DNA of 64,000 nucleotides from Gemmatimonadota bacterium (lineage in GTDB: Bacteria > Gemmatimonadota > Gemmatimonadetes > Gemmatimonadales > GWC2-71-9), in NCBI GenBank assembly GCA_039586365.1, contig JBDHKN010000002.1, positions 32,001 through 96,000 of the forward strand, in the 5' to 3' direction. Positions 38,577 through 48,464 of this stretch are shown in pieces (within the stretch, counting starts at the first letter, position 1; every line of letters begins with the position of its first letter). Under the pieces are notes generated by a model, which did no database searches, had not been told where the DNA came from, and saw only the letters and a list, made by a program, of their open reading frames with translations. Both the position numbers and the translations under genes were made by a program.

Positions 38577-41500
38577 CTAAGTTGTCTCCTCGCACCATTC
38601 CTTGGCGTTCTGGAAGATCTTGAGCCAAGGTGATGCATGGAGCTCCCGCTTCCACTCTTCCGGCATCCAGCCCCACTGCCACAGCAGAAATGTCCTTTCC
38701 GGATGTGGCATGAGTGCAAGATGACGTCCGTCGGGCGAGCAAAGAGCTGTAATTCCGCGAGTTGATCCGTTTGGATTGAAGGGGTACGCATCCGTGACCT
38801 GGTTCTCATCGTCGACGAAGCGAATTGGCGCAAGCCCCTCTTGCTCGATCTGGTCGAGCACGGACTGATGCGGAAAGAAAGACTGCCCTTCACCGTGAGC
38901 CACCCAGACGCCGAGCGTGGATCCAGCCATGCCGCGGAGCATTATCGCCGGGCTGTCCTGGATTCGTACAGTAGCGAAGCGTGACTCGAACCGGCCGGAA
39001 GCGTTGCGGATGAAGCGGGGTTGCAGCTCATCGGTGATTCCCTGCCAGGGTACCCAACCGAGCAGCGCAAGCAGCTGGCAGCCGTTGCAGACGCCGAGCG
39101 AAAACGTGTCGGTTCGCCCGCAGAACTTCTGGAACTGCTCCCTCAGACCATCGTTGAAACGAATGACCCCCGCCCAGCCCTTCGCCGAGTCGAGCACGTC
39201 TGCGTAGCTGAACCCGCCAACGAAGACGACTCCGCGGAAACTCTCGAGGGTGATCTTTCCCGCCAACAAATCGGACATCGCCACGTCCCAAGGGTCGAAC
39301 CCGGCGGCGAAGAATGCGGAGGCCATCTCGCGGTCGCCGTTGCTACCTTCCTCTCGCACGATCGCCACCCGCGGCTTGTCGGCACACTCGAGCACGGCCG
39401 GAGGCGTTGGTGCCGGAGTGTATGAGAGATGGTATTTCGGGCCACGCCGCTCGCGGAGACCGGCGCGTTCCTGTGCAACGCAATCCGGATTCGCCTGCAG
39501 CCGCTCGATCTCGAAGCCGGTCGCCTCCCACACGTCTCTCAGGTCGCGCATGTCGGCGGCGAGCACCTCTTCGAAGCAACAGCGTATGGATACCGAGGTC
39601 TCAGCCACCACGCTGCCGATCGCTGCGCAAGGTACGTTGGCCCTCTCGAATGCATCGAGAGCTCTGCGCTCGTGCTCCGGACTCACCTCCAGTACCAGAC
39701 CTAGCTCCTCGGCGAACAGGAACTGCAGGCGGTCCACACCAGCCGTGTCCAGGTTCACGTCGATGCCGCAGTTTCCGGCGAAAGCCATTTCGAGCAGCGC
39801 CGTTAACAGGCCACCGTCACTTCGGTCGTGACCGGCCCGTACTACTCCTGCCTCGATCAACTCCTGGGTGGCGTTGAATGCGCGCTCCAAAATCGATGCG
39901 TCGTCCACGTCGGGCGGTTCGTCGCCCAGTTGCTCGAACACCTGCGCCAGTGCCGACCCGCCGAGACGGTGCTTGCCGCCACCGAGATCGACGTAGAGCA
40001 GTCGCCCCTCGCCGGGGAGCTTGAAATCAGGCGTGACCGTCTTGGTCACATCGGGGCAGGTGACGTACGCCGAAATGGTGAGCTCACCCGGGGCCTTCAC
40101 CGTCTCGTCCGCACCCAATTCGTCGGGCGCGTGCGCTGCCATGGAGAGGCTGTCCTTCCCACCGTCTATGGCGATGCCGAGTGCGAGCAAAATCTCGCGC
40201 AACGCTTCGGCCGCGTCGTAGAGGGCGGCTCCCTCACCCGGCAACTTTGCGGCCCACATCCAGTTGCCCGAGCACTTCACATCCTCGAGCGCACTCACCC
40301 GTGCCCACACCAGGTTGGTTAGCGCCTCGCCGACAGCCATGCGTGCCATGGCGGCCGGATCCAGCAGGCCCTTGATCGGCTGCTCACCGATCGCGGTAGC
40401 CGCACCCGTGGCGCTGAAGTGGCTCTGCGCAATCACCGCTACGTCTGCAACCGTTAGCTGGAGCGGACCCACGCACTGCTGCCGCGCCACGAGACCCGTG
40501 ACACTGCGGTCGACCTTCGTGGTTAGGAACCGCTTCGACCCCACCGAGAGGAGCCTGAGCACCCGATCGAGTGCTTCTTTGACCGTGAGTCCCTCCGGCA
40601 ACGTGAGCGGCTCTAATCGGGGGGGGATACGCTGCAACTCGAACGTCTTTTGAGGCATGGCGCCAAGCACCGTGGCGAGTTCGAGGTTTACCGGTGTCGA
40701 GCCGTCCTGTTCGTCGTGCAGCACGATCCTGCCGTCTCCAGTGAGACGCCCGACGAAGGCAGCGGGTACCTTCTCACGCTCGCACAGGGCGTTGAACAGC
40801 TCCGCGTGCTCCGGCCGGAGCAGCAGTGCGTCGTCTTCTTGGTACTCCGCACCCCAGATCTCGAGCACCGACAGCGTCTCGTCGCCGACCGGGATGGCTC
40901 GCACCTCTATCTGTGCACCTGCAGGGTTTACGATTTCCTTAAGCACGTTGCAGTTCCCACCTGCGCCCTGGTCGTGGATGCTCACGATCGGATTGCGCTC
41001 GCCCAGCTCGACGCAGGCCCGGATGACCCGGTTCACCTTCTGCTCCATCTCCGCGTCGCCCCGCTGCACCGCATTGAAATCGAGCTCGGCGATGTTCTCG
41101 CCCTGCACCATACTCGACGCAGCACCACCGCCCATACCAATCCGGTAGGCAGGTCCGCCGATCTTGACGACCCACATCCCCTTCTCGGGCTCGTTCTTCT
41201 CGACGTGCCGCGCATCTATCTGGCCGATTCCGCCGCTGAACATGATTGGCTTTATCCACTCGCGGCGCTCGCCGTTCGGGAGCCGCATGCCGAAGCTGCG
41301 CGTGTATCCCTGGATGACCGGCTCCCCGAAACAGTTGCCGTAGTCGGATGCGCCGTTGCTCGCCTCGATCTCTATCTGGAGCGGCGAGGCGAGATTACCG
41401 GAATACGCGAAGCCAGGATCTTCCCATGGCAACTCGTAGCCGGCGATCTGGAGATTGCCGACGCAATAGGCTGCGGTACCCGCCACCACGAGAGACCCTC

Positions 41501-42494
41501 GACCCGTAGCGTGAACATCGCGAATGCGACCGCCTGTACCGGTTTCCGCACCCGGGAACGGCGCCACTCCCGACGGGAAGTTGTGCGTCTCGGCGGTGAA
41601 GATGATATCGTAGTTCAGGTCCACCGCCACCAAGCGACAAGGGTCACCGACGCGCGCCGGCACGATTGACCTGATCGGGTAGCCGCGGATCGCACTCGAG
41701 TTGTCCTTGAAGGCGATGACGCTGTTGTTGCGGTTCGCAACGAGCGGATCCTCGATCATCGCGATCAGGTGTTTCGGTGCCTCGACGCCGTCGATGATGA
41801 GCCGGCCCTTGAAGAACCAGTGTCGTGAATGTTCGCTGTTTGACTGGGCGATGTCGAAACACTCGACGTTGGTCGGATTACGTCCGACCTGATCGACGAA
41901 CAACCGCGTGTAGTAGTCGAGATCCCATTCGTCGAACGCCAGGCCCATCTCTCGGTTCACCCGCTCGAGCGCTGCCCTTCCCTCCTCCATGACCGGAATC
42001 TCGAACGTGAGCTCCGGTTCCACCCCGGTCTCGAACGACGTCAAGGGCTCGCGGTAGCGACACTCGGTCATCCGGTCGTGCACCAGCACAAGGAACGCGT
42101 TCTGCTGCTCCTCGGTGAGCGGCCGCGCCGCGTCGACGAGGTAACGCCTCGAGCGCTCTATGCGCTCGACCCTCGTGAGCCCGCAGGAGTTGCACACCGA
42201 GACCGCGTTGGTGGACCAGGCAGTAGTGAAGCTCATCCGCGGCCCTACCTCAAGCACCGCTCCGTCCAGGAATGAAGTGTCCCCGAACTGCTCGGGCTCG
42301 AACGTCTCCGCCAGCAACCAAGTGAGCGTGTCGAGGTCCCCTGACGTCAGCTCACTGGTCACAGCTATGTTGTAGCAGTACTCGCTGCCGATGTCCCGAA
42401 TGGTGGACGACACACGCTCCCGGGCTGTTTGAACCAGGGAGCGCTTCTCGGCCTCCGGCAGGCCCGGCTTGCGATATAAGTGGATCAGACTCAT
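38577..42494 (-). CDS. purL: Phosphoribosylformylglycinamidine synthase, large single-chain form
   Basis: 1305 aa; NSEHSRH, ETHNFP, GAETGTGGRIRD, HDQGAGG, GGKDSLSM, GVCNGCQL, MPHPER. Confidence 0.97.
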   Translation of the reverse strand: MSLIHLYRKPGLPEAEKRSLVQTARERVSSTIRDIGSEYCYNIAVTSELTSGDLDTLTWLLAETFEPEQFGDTSFLDGAVLEVGPRMSFTTAWSTNAVSVCNSCGLTRVERIERSRRYLVDAARPLTEEQQNAFLVLVHDRMTECRYREPLTSFETGVEPELTFEIPVMEEGRAALERVNREMGLAFDEWDLDYYTRLFVDQVGRNPTNVECFDIAQSNSEHSRHWFFKGRLIIDGVEAPKHLIAMIEDPLVANRNNSVIAFKDNSSAIRGYPIRSIVPARVGDPCRLVAVDLNYDIIFTAETHNFPSGVAPFPGAETGTGGRIRDVHATGRGSLVVAGTAAYCVGNLQIAGYELPWEDPGFAYSGNLASPLQIEIEASNGASDYGNCFGEPVIQGYTRSFGMRLPNGERREWIKPIMFSGGIGQIDARHVEKNEPEKGMWVVKIGGPAYRIGMGGGAASSMVQGENIAELDFNAVQRGDAEMEQKVNRVIRACVELGERNPIVSIHDQGAGGNCNVLKEIVNPAGAQIEVRAIPVGDETLSVLEIWGAEYQEDDALLLRPEHAELFNALCEREKVPAAFVGRLTGDGRIVLHDEQDGSTPVNLELATVLGAMPQKTFELQRIPPRLEPLTLPEGLTVKEALDRVLRLLSVGSKRFLTTKVDRSVTGLVARQQCVGPLQLTVADVAVIAQSHFSATGAATAIGEQPIKGLLDPAAMARMAVGEALTNLVWARVSALEDVKCSGNWMWAAKLPGEGAALYDAAEALREILLALGIAIDGGKDSLSMAAHAPDELGADETVKAPGELTISAYVTCPDVTKTVTPDFKLPGEGRLLYVDLGGGKHRLGGSALAQVFEQLGDEPPDVDDASILERAFNATQELIEAGVVRAGHDRSDGGLLTALLEMAFAGNCGIDVNLDTAGVDRLQFLFAEELGLVLEVSPEHERRALDAFERANVPCAAIGSVVAETSVSIRCCFEEVLAADMRDLRDVWEATGFEIERLQANPDCVAQERAGLRERRGPKYHLSYTPAPTPPAVLECADKPRVAIVREEGSNGDREMASAFFAAGFDPWDVAMSDLLAGKITLESFRGVVFVGGFSYADVLDSAKGWAGVIRFNDGLREQFQKFCGRTDTFSLGVCNGCQLLALLGWVPWQGITDELQPRFIRNASGRFESRFATVRIQDSPAIMLRGMAGSTLGVWVAHGEGQSFFPHQSVLDQIEQEGLAPIRFVDDENQVTDAYPFNPNGSTRGITALCSPDGRHLALMPHPERTFLLWQWGWMPEEWKRELHASPWLKIFQNAKEWCEETT

Positions 42495-42552
42495 ATGGTG
42501 TTGAGAGTGGTGTGTTCGAATCCCCGTTCGATGAGGTCGAGCGGCAGGAATC

Positions 42553-43332
42553 TCACCCTCGCTGCAGCAACCAGATAGCGCCGGTGATCTCTCGGTCTAT
42601 GAATTCGCACTCGCTTTCCTGACTGGAGATGTACCTGTGCAGGGCTTCTGCTGCCTCAGGATGGCGCTCCACCACTCCGGCGGCACGCCTGCTGATGTGA
42701 CCAATGTAATCGACGTTGACGGCTCTGGTCTCCTCGACCGAGTAGATCCGTTCCGCGACGACGCTGTCGCCATGCGCCTGCAAGTACTCGATGGCGCGGT
42801 CGTACGAAGTCAGATGTGCATAGCCAGGGTGGTTCACTGCCACCGCGCGGGTGAGAAATCCATCGTCAATGAGCATGTATCCACCCGGCCTTACTGCCTT
42901 TCTCATGCTGCCGACACATCGATCGAATCTGCCGAGCACTCCCCCCAACGACGCGAGCACCACCACGTCGAACTCGTCACCTTCTTGGAGCACGTCGCGC
43001 AGGTCACGGTGGACGAACTCGCACAGGTCTGAGACGCCCAGTTCCATCGCTCGTTGTGCGGCATCCCGCAGGAAGTCCTGGCAGAGGTCCACACCTAGGA
43101 CGCGGTATCCCAACTCCTTGGCTACGGCGATCCCCAACGCACCTTTGCCACACCCCAGATCAAGAAGCTTGGCTAACCCAGCGGGCAGATCCAGTGGTCG
43201 GAATAGATTGACGGCCAAATGCGGTGTGCTGCCAAGTGCCCACATGTCGGCCACCAACTCAGTGAGATACGGTAGGATCTCAGGACTTGCATCCATGGAG
43301 GCGGCCAGATCCTCGTCCCGCCGGTCCTCCAT
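42553..43332 (-). CDS. Class I SAM-dependent methyltransferase
   Basis: LLDLGCGKG, GVD, FDVV, RPGG. Confidence 0.88.
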   Translation of the reverse strand: MEDRRDEDLAASMDASPEILPYLTELVADMWALGSTPHLAVNLFRPLDLPAGLAKLLDLGCGKGALGIAVAKELGYRVLGVDLCQDFLRDAAQRAMELGVSDLCEFVHRDLRDVLQEGDEFDVVVLASLGGVLGRFDRCVGSMRKAVRPGGYMLIDDGFLTRAVAVNHPGYAHLTSYDRAIEYLQAHGDSVVAERIYSVEETRAVNVDYIGHISRRAAGVVERHPEAAEALHRYISSQESECEFIDREITGAIWLLQRG

Positions 43333-43484
43333 CCTAGATGTCGTGTCCTCCGGTCAACTCGATCACTTGCCTGGTGACCCGGCGTGCTTGCTGAGAAGCC
43401 AGAGCATCGACTAGCGACGCGCCAGTGCCCGAGCTGCATCCGGTTACGAGGGCGTTCCTACTGCAAAGACCCCGAACCATCACC

Positions 43485-43676
43485 TCAACGTGACCGTTTG
43501 AACACCGCGATTACGTCTCGCGTCTGCCCCGACCCCTGGCTAGTATCGAAGACCGACACCAGTTCCCAACCGTCCCGCCCGGCCTGGTTCAGCGCCTGCT
43601 CGAGGTCCTCCTGTTTGACCTTTCCGCCCAGGAACCCACCGGTCCTCAACGACACCGTCTTGTATTCCCACTGCAT
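43485..43676 (-). CDS. DUF4177-like small protein
   Basis: MQWEYKTV...LNQAGRDGWELVSV...FKR; GGAGG RBS. Confidence 0.85.
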   Translation of the reverse strand: MQWEYKTVSLRTGGFLGGKVKQEDLEQALNQAGRDGWELVSVFDTSQGSGQTRDVIAVFKRSR

Positions 43677-43701
43677 TGGGTCACCTCCGCGCTTTTTGGC
43701 T

Positions 43702-44583
43702 CTACCTGTTGCCCTTGAGTGGTGCCCTTGAGAAGCCCCGCAGCGCGGCAAGCCACTCGCGGGTCAGTAAGTCCAGCACTCTCTTGCCCTTCTCTGCAGT
43801 AGCGAGAGTTGGATCGCCGAACAGACCGGTCTCCGAATACGCCGGATCTGCTGGGTCGCGTGAGAACTGACCTGGCCTGTAACCTGGATACTGCATACCA
43901 AGTGGATCGCCGTAGTCGGTGACCGCACGGTCCATCCGTACAAGATCCGGCTGCAAATAGAGGTGGATGGAAGTCTCCAATTCATCCGCGTGCCCACCTG
44001 CCCGCTGCTCCTGTATCTCCTCCGCCTCGGCGGGCTCGATGTCATCCCACGATACCACCATCGTGGGCGTCCCGGTCTCGGTGCGGATTTCCCTGGCAGC
44101 AACCGAGAGCGGCAACCCGGTAGCCCGGGATATTCCGGTGTTCAGAAACACGATGCGCTTGGCACCCTGTCTGACCAGCGACAGAGCTACCTCGTGGGCG
44201 TACTCTCGGAACACCTCAGGGTTGGCCACCTCGGTACCCGGATAGTCGCGAAAGGCCGGAAACCAGCCATGCAGAATCGGCGGAGCTACGAGGACCGGGA
44301 TTGAATCGATAGCCTGGCGGCAGAGATACTCCATCACGACCGCATCAGCGTTCATCGGCAGGTGCGGTCCATGCTCTTTTGCCCCCGCCCCGAACGGCAC
44401 GATCACCAACGGGACCTCTCTCATACGCTCCTCGGCATCGGGCCAACTGAGTTCGCCCAAGTAAGCGCCAGGAGCCTGGGCATTGGCGGATGTGGCAGCA
44501 GCGACGATCCACAGGAATAGAGCCAGAGATCTCGAGCCAACCAGCATCTGCTTTGATTTCTTCATCTCCTTCAGCTCCTTCAT
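43702..44583 (-). CDS. Creatininase / creatinine amidohydrolase family protein
   Basis: P.GA..KEHGPHLP..D, GGHADELETS, G.FGDPTLAT.EKG; start uncertain (44583, 44565 or 44547). Confidence 0.88.
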   Translation of the reverse strand: MKELKEMKKSKQMLVGSRSLALFLWIVAAATSANAQAPGAYLGELSWPDAEERMREVPLVIVPFGAGAKEHGPHLPMNADAVVMEYLCRQAIDSIPVLVAPPILHGWFPAFRDYPGTEVANPEVFREYAHEVALSLVRQGAKRIVFLNTGISRATGLPLSVAAREIRTETGTPTMVVSWDDIEPAEAEEIQEQRAGGHADELETSIHLYLQPDLVRMDRAVTDYGDPLGMQYPGYRPGQFSRDPADPAYSETGLFGDPTLATAEKGKRVLDLLTREWLAALRGFSRAPLKGNR

Positions 44584-44611
44584 CGTCTTTTTCCCCCCGT
44601 CCCCTCCCATC

Positions 44612-45259
44612 CTAATCGGCTTCGAACCCAACCCCACCATGCGTCCCATCACAGAACGGTTTGTTATCTGACTCGCCACAGCGACAGAAGGATCGTTTCA
44701 CCTGAAATGATTCACCGTCACCGGCATCACACAACCGGAAGCTACCGCTCAACGAAACTGGACCGTTTGGCAAGACCTTTGCCGTGAGGCGTCCCGGCTC
44801 GGTACTCTCCGCCCGCGACTCCACCGTAAACTCCCCACCGTCGCGGAATCCGACCTTGCTGTGCTGCCCGTCGCAGAGTGGCTTGTTCTTCGAGGCACCA
44901 CAGCGACACAGCGCGACCCTGGTGTCGCGGAGCAACACCGTACCGTCGCCTGCCACCAGTTCGATGTCCCCACGGAGGTAGAGTGGGCCATCTGCGGCAA
45001 CGGTGACCGTGTTCTCGCCGACGGTCGCCGCCTGTTCTGCAGCCCCGGTACACTCCATCTGCAATGCGCCTGTGGGACATCGCTGGATCACCTCGGCGAT
45101 TTCAGACGCCGGCGCCGCATCGGCATCCACCCAGGGCCGGCGCTTGGGATTGAACACCTCCGGCAAACCGTTCACGCACTCCGCCACATGAATGCACCGC
45201 TTGGTATCATAGAGGACCTTGATCTCTTCGCTGCCGAACTCGAACACTCTGCTCTCCAT
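44612..45259 (-). CDS. Divergent 4Fe-4S domain + two CDGSH iron-sulfur domains
   Basis: CIHVAECV..CPTGAL; CRCGASKNKPLCDGQH; CRCGESDNKPFCDGTH. Confidence 0.92.
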   Translation of the reverse strand: MESRVFEFGSEEIKVLYDTKRCIHVAECVNGLPEVFNPKRRPWVDADAAPASEIAEVIQRCPTGALQMECTGAAEQAATVGENTVTVAADGPLYLRGDIELVAGDGTVLLRDTRVALCRCGASKNKPLCDGQHSKVGFRDGGEFTVESRAESTEPGRLTAKVLPNGPVSLSGSFRLCDAGDGESFQVKRSFCRCGESDNKPFCDGTHGGVGFEAD

Positions 45260-45467
45260 ACGTCAACTCCTTCTCGCATTCTTCATCTTCTTCCCCCCTT
45301 CTCACTACTCCACTGTCCGCCTCATATGCGCCGCCGCATCCGGAGTCTTGCAGCCTGTCTCTCAGGTGATCCACCTCTACCTCGCTATTCTCTTTGCTGC
45401 GGCAAGAACCTTCTTCTCCATCTGCTTGTGTCGGATGCCTAGTGCAATCGACCTCCGGTTCATGGCG

Positions 45468-45806
45468 TCACGCACGACCGTACCGGTGTTTCAGGCTCTT
45501 GTTTCTGAACACGAGAGCCGAGGCGAACGTGAACGCTGCTACCACCGCGAGGATGACAGCCATGCGAAGCCACGGTTCTCCGGCGGCCTGCCTCCTGGCC
45601 GCGATGGCCACCAGTGTCCGGATCCACTCGATGCCGGCGAGCACCAATGCCACCTGCGCAGCCCGGGCCACCCACTGCCGACGCACGAGTAGGATGAGTG
45701 GGAATGCTAGGCTCAACAGAGTGAGAGCTGTGTTGTCCGCGCGAGAGAAGTGAGCGGCAATGAGGAGTGCGCTCAAGAGTACCGGAAGCAGCCGTCCGAA
45801 GTTCAT
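45468..45806 (-). CDS. Small integral membrane protein
   Basis: Four hydrophobic segments, AAHFSR and PWLR motifs. Confidence 0.8.
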   Translation of the reverse strand: MNFGRLLPVLLSALLIAAHFSRADNTALTLLSLAFPLILLVRRQWVARAAQVALVLAGIEWIRTLVAIAARRQAAGEPWLRMAVILAVVAAFTFASALVFRNKSLKHRYGRA

Positions 45807-46012
45807 CTCAGCGGTTTCACCTCTCTAGAACGGGGAAACATCACGACGATCATGACCACAACCACGGTCGAGCCACGCAATGACATGTGCCCCCTCCTAA
45901 CGTCCGCGGGATCGGTAGATATGCGACGTGTGGGATTGATGGAAGACCATACGAAATCGTAAGAGGGCGCCAGCCGGGAGAGCCGACTCGGCCTTCTTCG
46001 GTCACCCAACGG

Positions 46013-46372
46013 CTAAATGGTCTCGAGATTCTCCCGGGTACGCTCGTTTCGCTCTTTGCCCGTGTTCAATGTGGAAGCCGGCTCGAACAGGAGAACGTGG
46101 GTCTCGCCGCATGCCACGGGCAGATGCTCGACGCCACGTGGTACGATGAAGAACTCACCTTCCTCCAAGATCACATCCCTATCGCGAAGCTTGATCGTAA
46201 GCTGCCCATGCAACACCAGGAACAGCTCGTCCTCCTGGTCGTGCGTGTGCCAGATGAATTCGCCCGCGAGCTTGGCCAGCTTCACCAATTGCCCATTCAG
46301 CTCCCCCACAATGCGGGGATTCCATGTATCCGAGAAGAGGCTCAGCTTCTCCTTGAGGTTGACCTTCTCCAG
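46013..46372 (-). CDS. Cupin-domain protein with probable CTG start
   Basis: WHTH..EDELF, VPRGVEH; AGGAGGT 5 nt before CTG-GAG-AAG-GTC-AAC (xEKVNL...). Confidence 0.85.
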   Translation of the reverse strand: MEKVNLKEKLSLFSDTWNPRIVGELNGQLVKLAKLAGEFIWHTHDQEDELFLVLHGQLTIKLRDRDVILEEGEFFIVPRGVEHLPVACGETHVLLFEPASTLNTGKERNERTRENLETI

Positions 46373-46414
46373 CTAACACCTCCTGGGTGCTATAGGGTGC
46401 AAGGTGGCCGGGAC

Positions 46415-46456
46415 AGAGTTCAACGTTCGAACTTCAGAGTCCGAAGTTCGAAGTTC
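46415..46456. repeat. 6x degenerate heptamer tandem (GAAGTTC)
   Basis: AGAGTTC AACGTTC GAACTTC AGAGTCC GAAGTTC GAAGTTC, abutting the stop at 46458. Confidence 0.75.
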
Positions 46457-46457
46457 A

Positions 46458-47693
46458 TCACTCACTCACCCACTTCTCCATGAATCGTTGTCCTTCTTCT
46501 TTCTCGTCCACCAAAGCCTGGAAGATTGCCCTCAGGTGTTCATAAGGAAACGTGCCGATGATCATGCGGTTGTTGACGATCATCGTCGGCGTCGAGCGAA
46601 TTCCGTGTTCGAACCGGTCCGACGTCTTGTCGTACTCCGCCCCAGTCTGGATCATCCGCTGCAGCATGTCCATCGTGGTTGAGTCGGTGAGCGCCTCCTC
46701 GACCTGGTACCGTCGCCCGAGCTCCTCACGCCATTCGGGCGTGCGTGCGGCTCTGAAGTTGTCCCAGATCTCGTCGTGAATATCCAGGAACTTCGCCGGG
46801 TCGTGGATCGCCATCAGGGAGACGTCACACGCGCCGGGGTGCAGGTCCTTGTCAACCACATCATTGCACTTGCCCTCAAGCGGGAACATCTGGAACGCGA
46901 TGTTAATCCTCCCAGCAAACTCCTCCTTGAGCCTGTCAAGCTGCTCCGCGAGGTAAAGGCAGTCGGGGCACAGGAGATCGGCGTACTCAACGACCTGTAT
47001 AGGAGCGTCCTCGAAGTTCTCCGTCGCCTTGGCGGTCCAGTACGGTGAGATAAAGCTGGGCCAAGCCACTTCGGGAAGACTGTAGAACTGCTCCACTACT
47101 TGTGCAGCCATTCCGACCTGTGCCTGTTCCTTGGCAACGTGATGCTCCCTGAAGCCGTATGCACCGCCTAGCATCAAAACCCCGAATACCGCGACGTGCT
47201 TCAGAGAGGGGTGGAAGAACCTGGCGAAGACACCGGACCTGTCACCGTCGATACCGTACTTCCAAAACAGGATGAAGCTGGCGATCGAGCAGACGTAAAA
47301 ACCACTGCACAACAGGCACAAGCTCCCGAGGTAGAAGACGGAGAAGAGAAGCAGCACCACGACGCCAACCACGTTGACCAGTGAGATCGTCTTGTTGGTT
47401 CTCTCCAATGCCTCGGACGGGAGGATCGCGCCAATGCACACCAGCAAGCCCACGAACATCCCGAAATAGCCCAGCGGCACCCTACCTATGGCGGAGATGA
47501 CGGAATACGCCGAGCTGTCGCAGTTGAAGAACGCATTGATGTCGCAGAAGGAACCTTCGAATATCGATTCGGGGAAGTTCGCGGCAAAGTAGTGTTCTAT
47601 CGTCATGATCGACGCCACCACCATCCCAACGCCAAATAGAAAGCTCAGCGCTCTGCGCCAAGTGTTCCCCTGGAGTGTAAGAGTCTGCTGCAC
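46458..47693 (-). CDS. VKOR-DsbA/thioredoxin fusion protein
   Basis: CDINAFFNC..S.YS and CLLC in the TM domain; EYAD..CPDC and G..STPT thioredoxin fold. Confidence 0.9.
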   Translation of the reverse strand: MQQTLTLQGNTWRRALSFLFGVGMVVASIMTIEHYFAANFPESIFEGSFCDINAFFNCDSSAYSVISAIGRVPLGYFGMFVGLLVCIGAILPSEALERTNKTISLVNVVGVVVLLLFSVFYLGSLCLLCSGFYVCSIASFILFWKYGIDGDRSGVFARFFHPSLKHVAVFGVLMLGGAYGFREHHVAKEQAQVGMAAQVVEQFYSLPEVAWPSFISPYWTAKATENFEDAPIQVVEYADLLCPDCLYLAEQLDRLKEEFAGRINIAFQMFPLEGKCNDVVDKDLHPGACDVSLMAIHDPAKFLDIHDEIWDNFRAARTPEWREELGRRYQVEEALTDSTTMDMLQRMIQTGAEYDKTSDRFEHGIRSTPTMIVNNRMIIGTFPYEHLRAIFQALVDEKEEGQRFMEKWVSE

Positions 47694-47798
47694 GGTGACC
47701 TCCTAATGGACCACACCAATTGTACTGGCGCGTTCGAGATCGCGTCCGACAAACAGGTTAATTAATCGTGAAGAAACCTTGAGGCGTTACCCGCCGTT

Positions 47799-48464
47799 TC
47801 ACTTTGCGTAGAGCGCGTTGACTGTGACTCTGCAACCTGTCTCAGTTGGAGTCTCGACAGTCTCACTGGGTGCGACCGGCCGGAGTCCGTGCAGGGCCAT
47901 CTCCGCATCCAGTTCGTCGGCCTCTAGCAGAAACACCGGGCCGGCCTCGAATCCCTCGTAAACGTGGGGCTTACCGGCCACAGGTTGAACGCCCTGTCCT
48001 TTCGGGTCTGTTCGCGGCGTGAAGTTGGCGACCAAAGCCAATCCACCTGCCTTGAGAACCCGCGCCGTCTCGGCGAGGGCCTGGTTCCACTGTTCACGGG
48101 ATGTCGAGTTGTGGTACAGCCCCAACGCCACGACCAAATCGAACGACTCTGGAGGGAAGCGGCTCAGGTCTTCCATAGCACCAATGGTTACTCGGCGTTC
48201 AGCTTCTTCCCTCCCCACGCTGGCAGCGACTCGCTCCCGAGTGCGTTCCACCATCGCGTGAGAAGTATCCAGCGCGTAGAAATCGAATCCCTGTCCAGCG
48301 AGTACGACTGTGTTCCTTCCACCGGCGCACCCGAGATCCAGGACTCTCGTTTCCGCCGGTACCTTACAGACCGACAACAGCTCCAACAGCCGCCGATCCG
48401 CCTCTCGAACTGAAAACCTCTCGACCTGTTCCGGGTCTTCCCAGAATGGGGACGGATCAGGCAC
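47799..48464 (-). CDS. Class I SAM-dependent methyltransferase
   Basis: VLDLGCAGGRN, FDLVV, RVLK.GG; likely GTG start overlapping the upstream stop. Confidence 0.88.
   Translation of the reverse strand: MPDPSPFWEDPEQVERFSVREADRRLLELLSVCKVPAETRVLDLGCAGGRNTVVLAGQGFDFYALDTSHAMVERTRERVAASVGREEAERRVTIGAMEDLSRFPPESFDLVVALGLYHNSTSREQWNQALAETARVLKAGGLALVANFTPRTDPKGQGVQPVAGKPHVYEGFEAGPVFLLEADELDAEMALHGLRPVAPSETVETPTETGCRVTVNALYAK

Noticed and set aside
34368..41669. Long antisense ORFs (e.g. 35271-36140, 40650-41669)
   Set aside because: Shadow frames of GC-rich genes (ADOP, purL) with no recognisable motifs.
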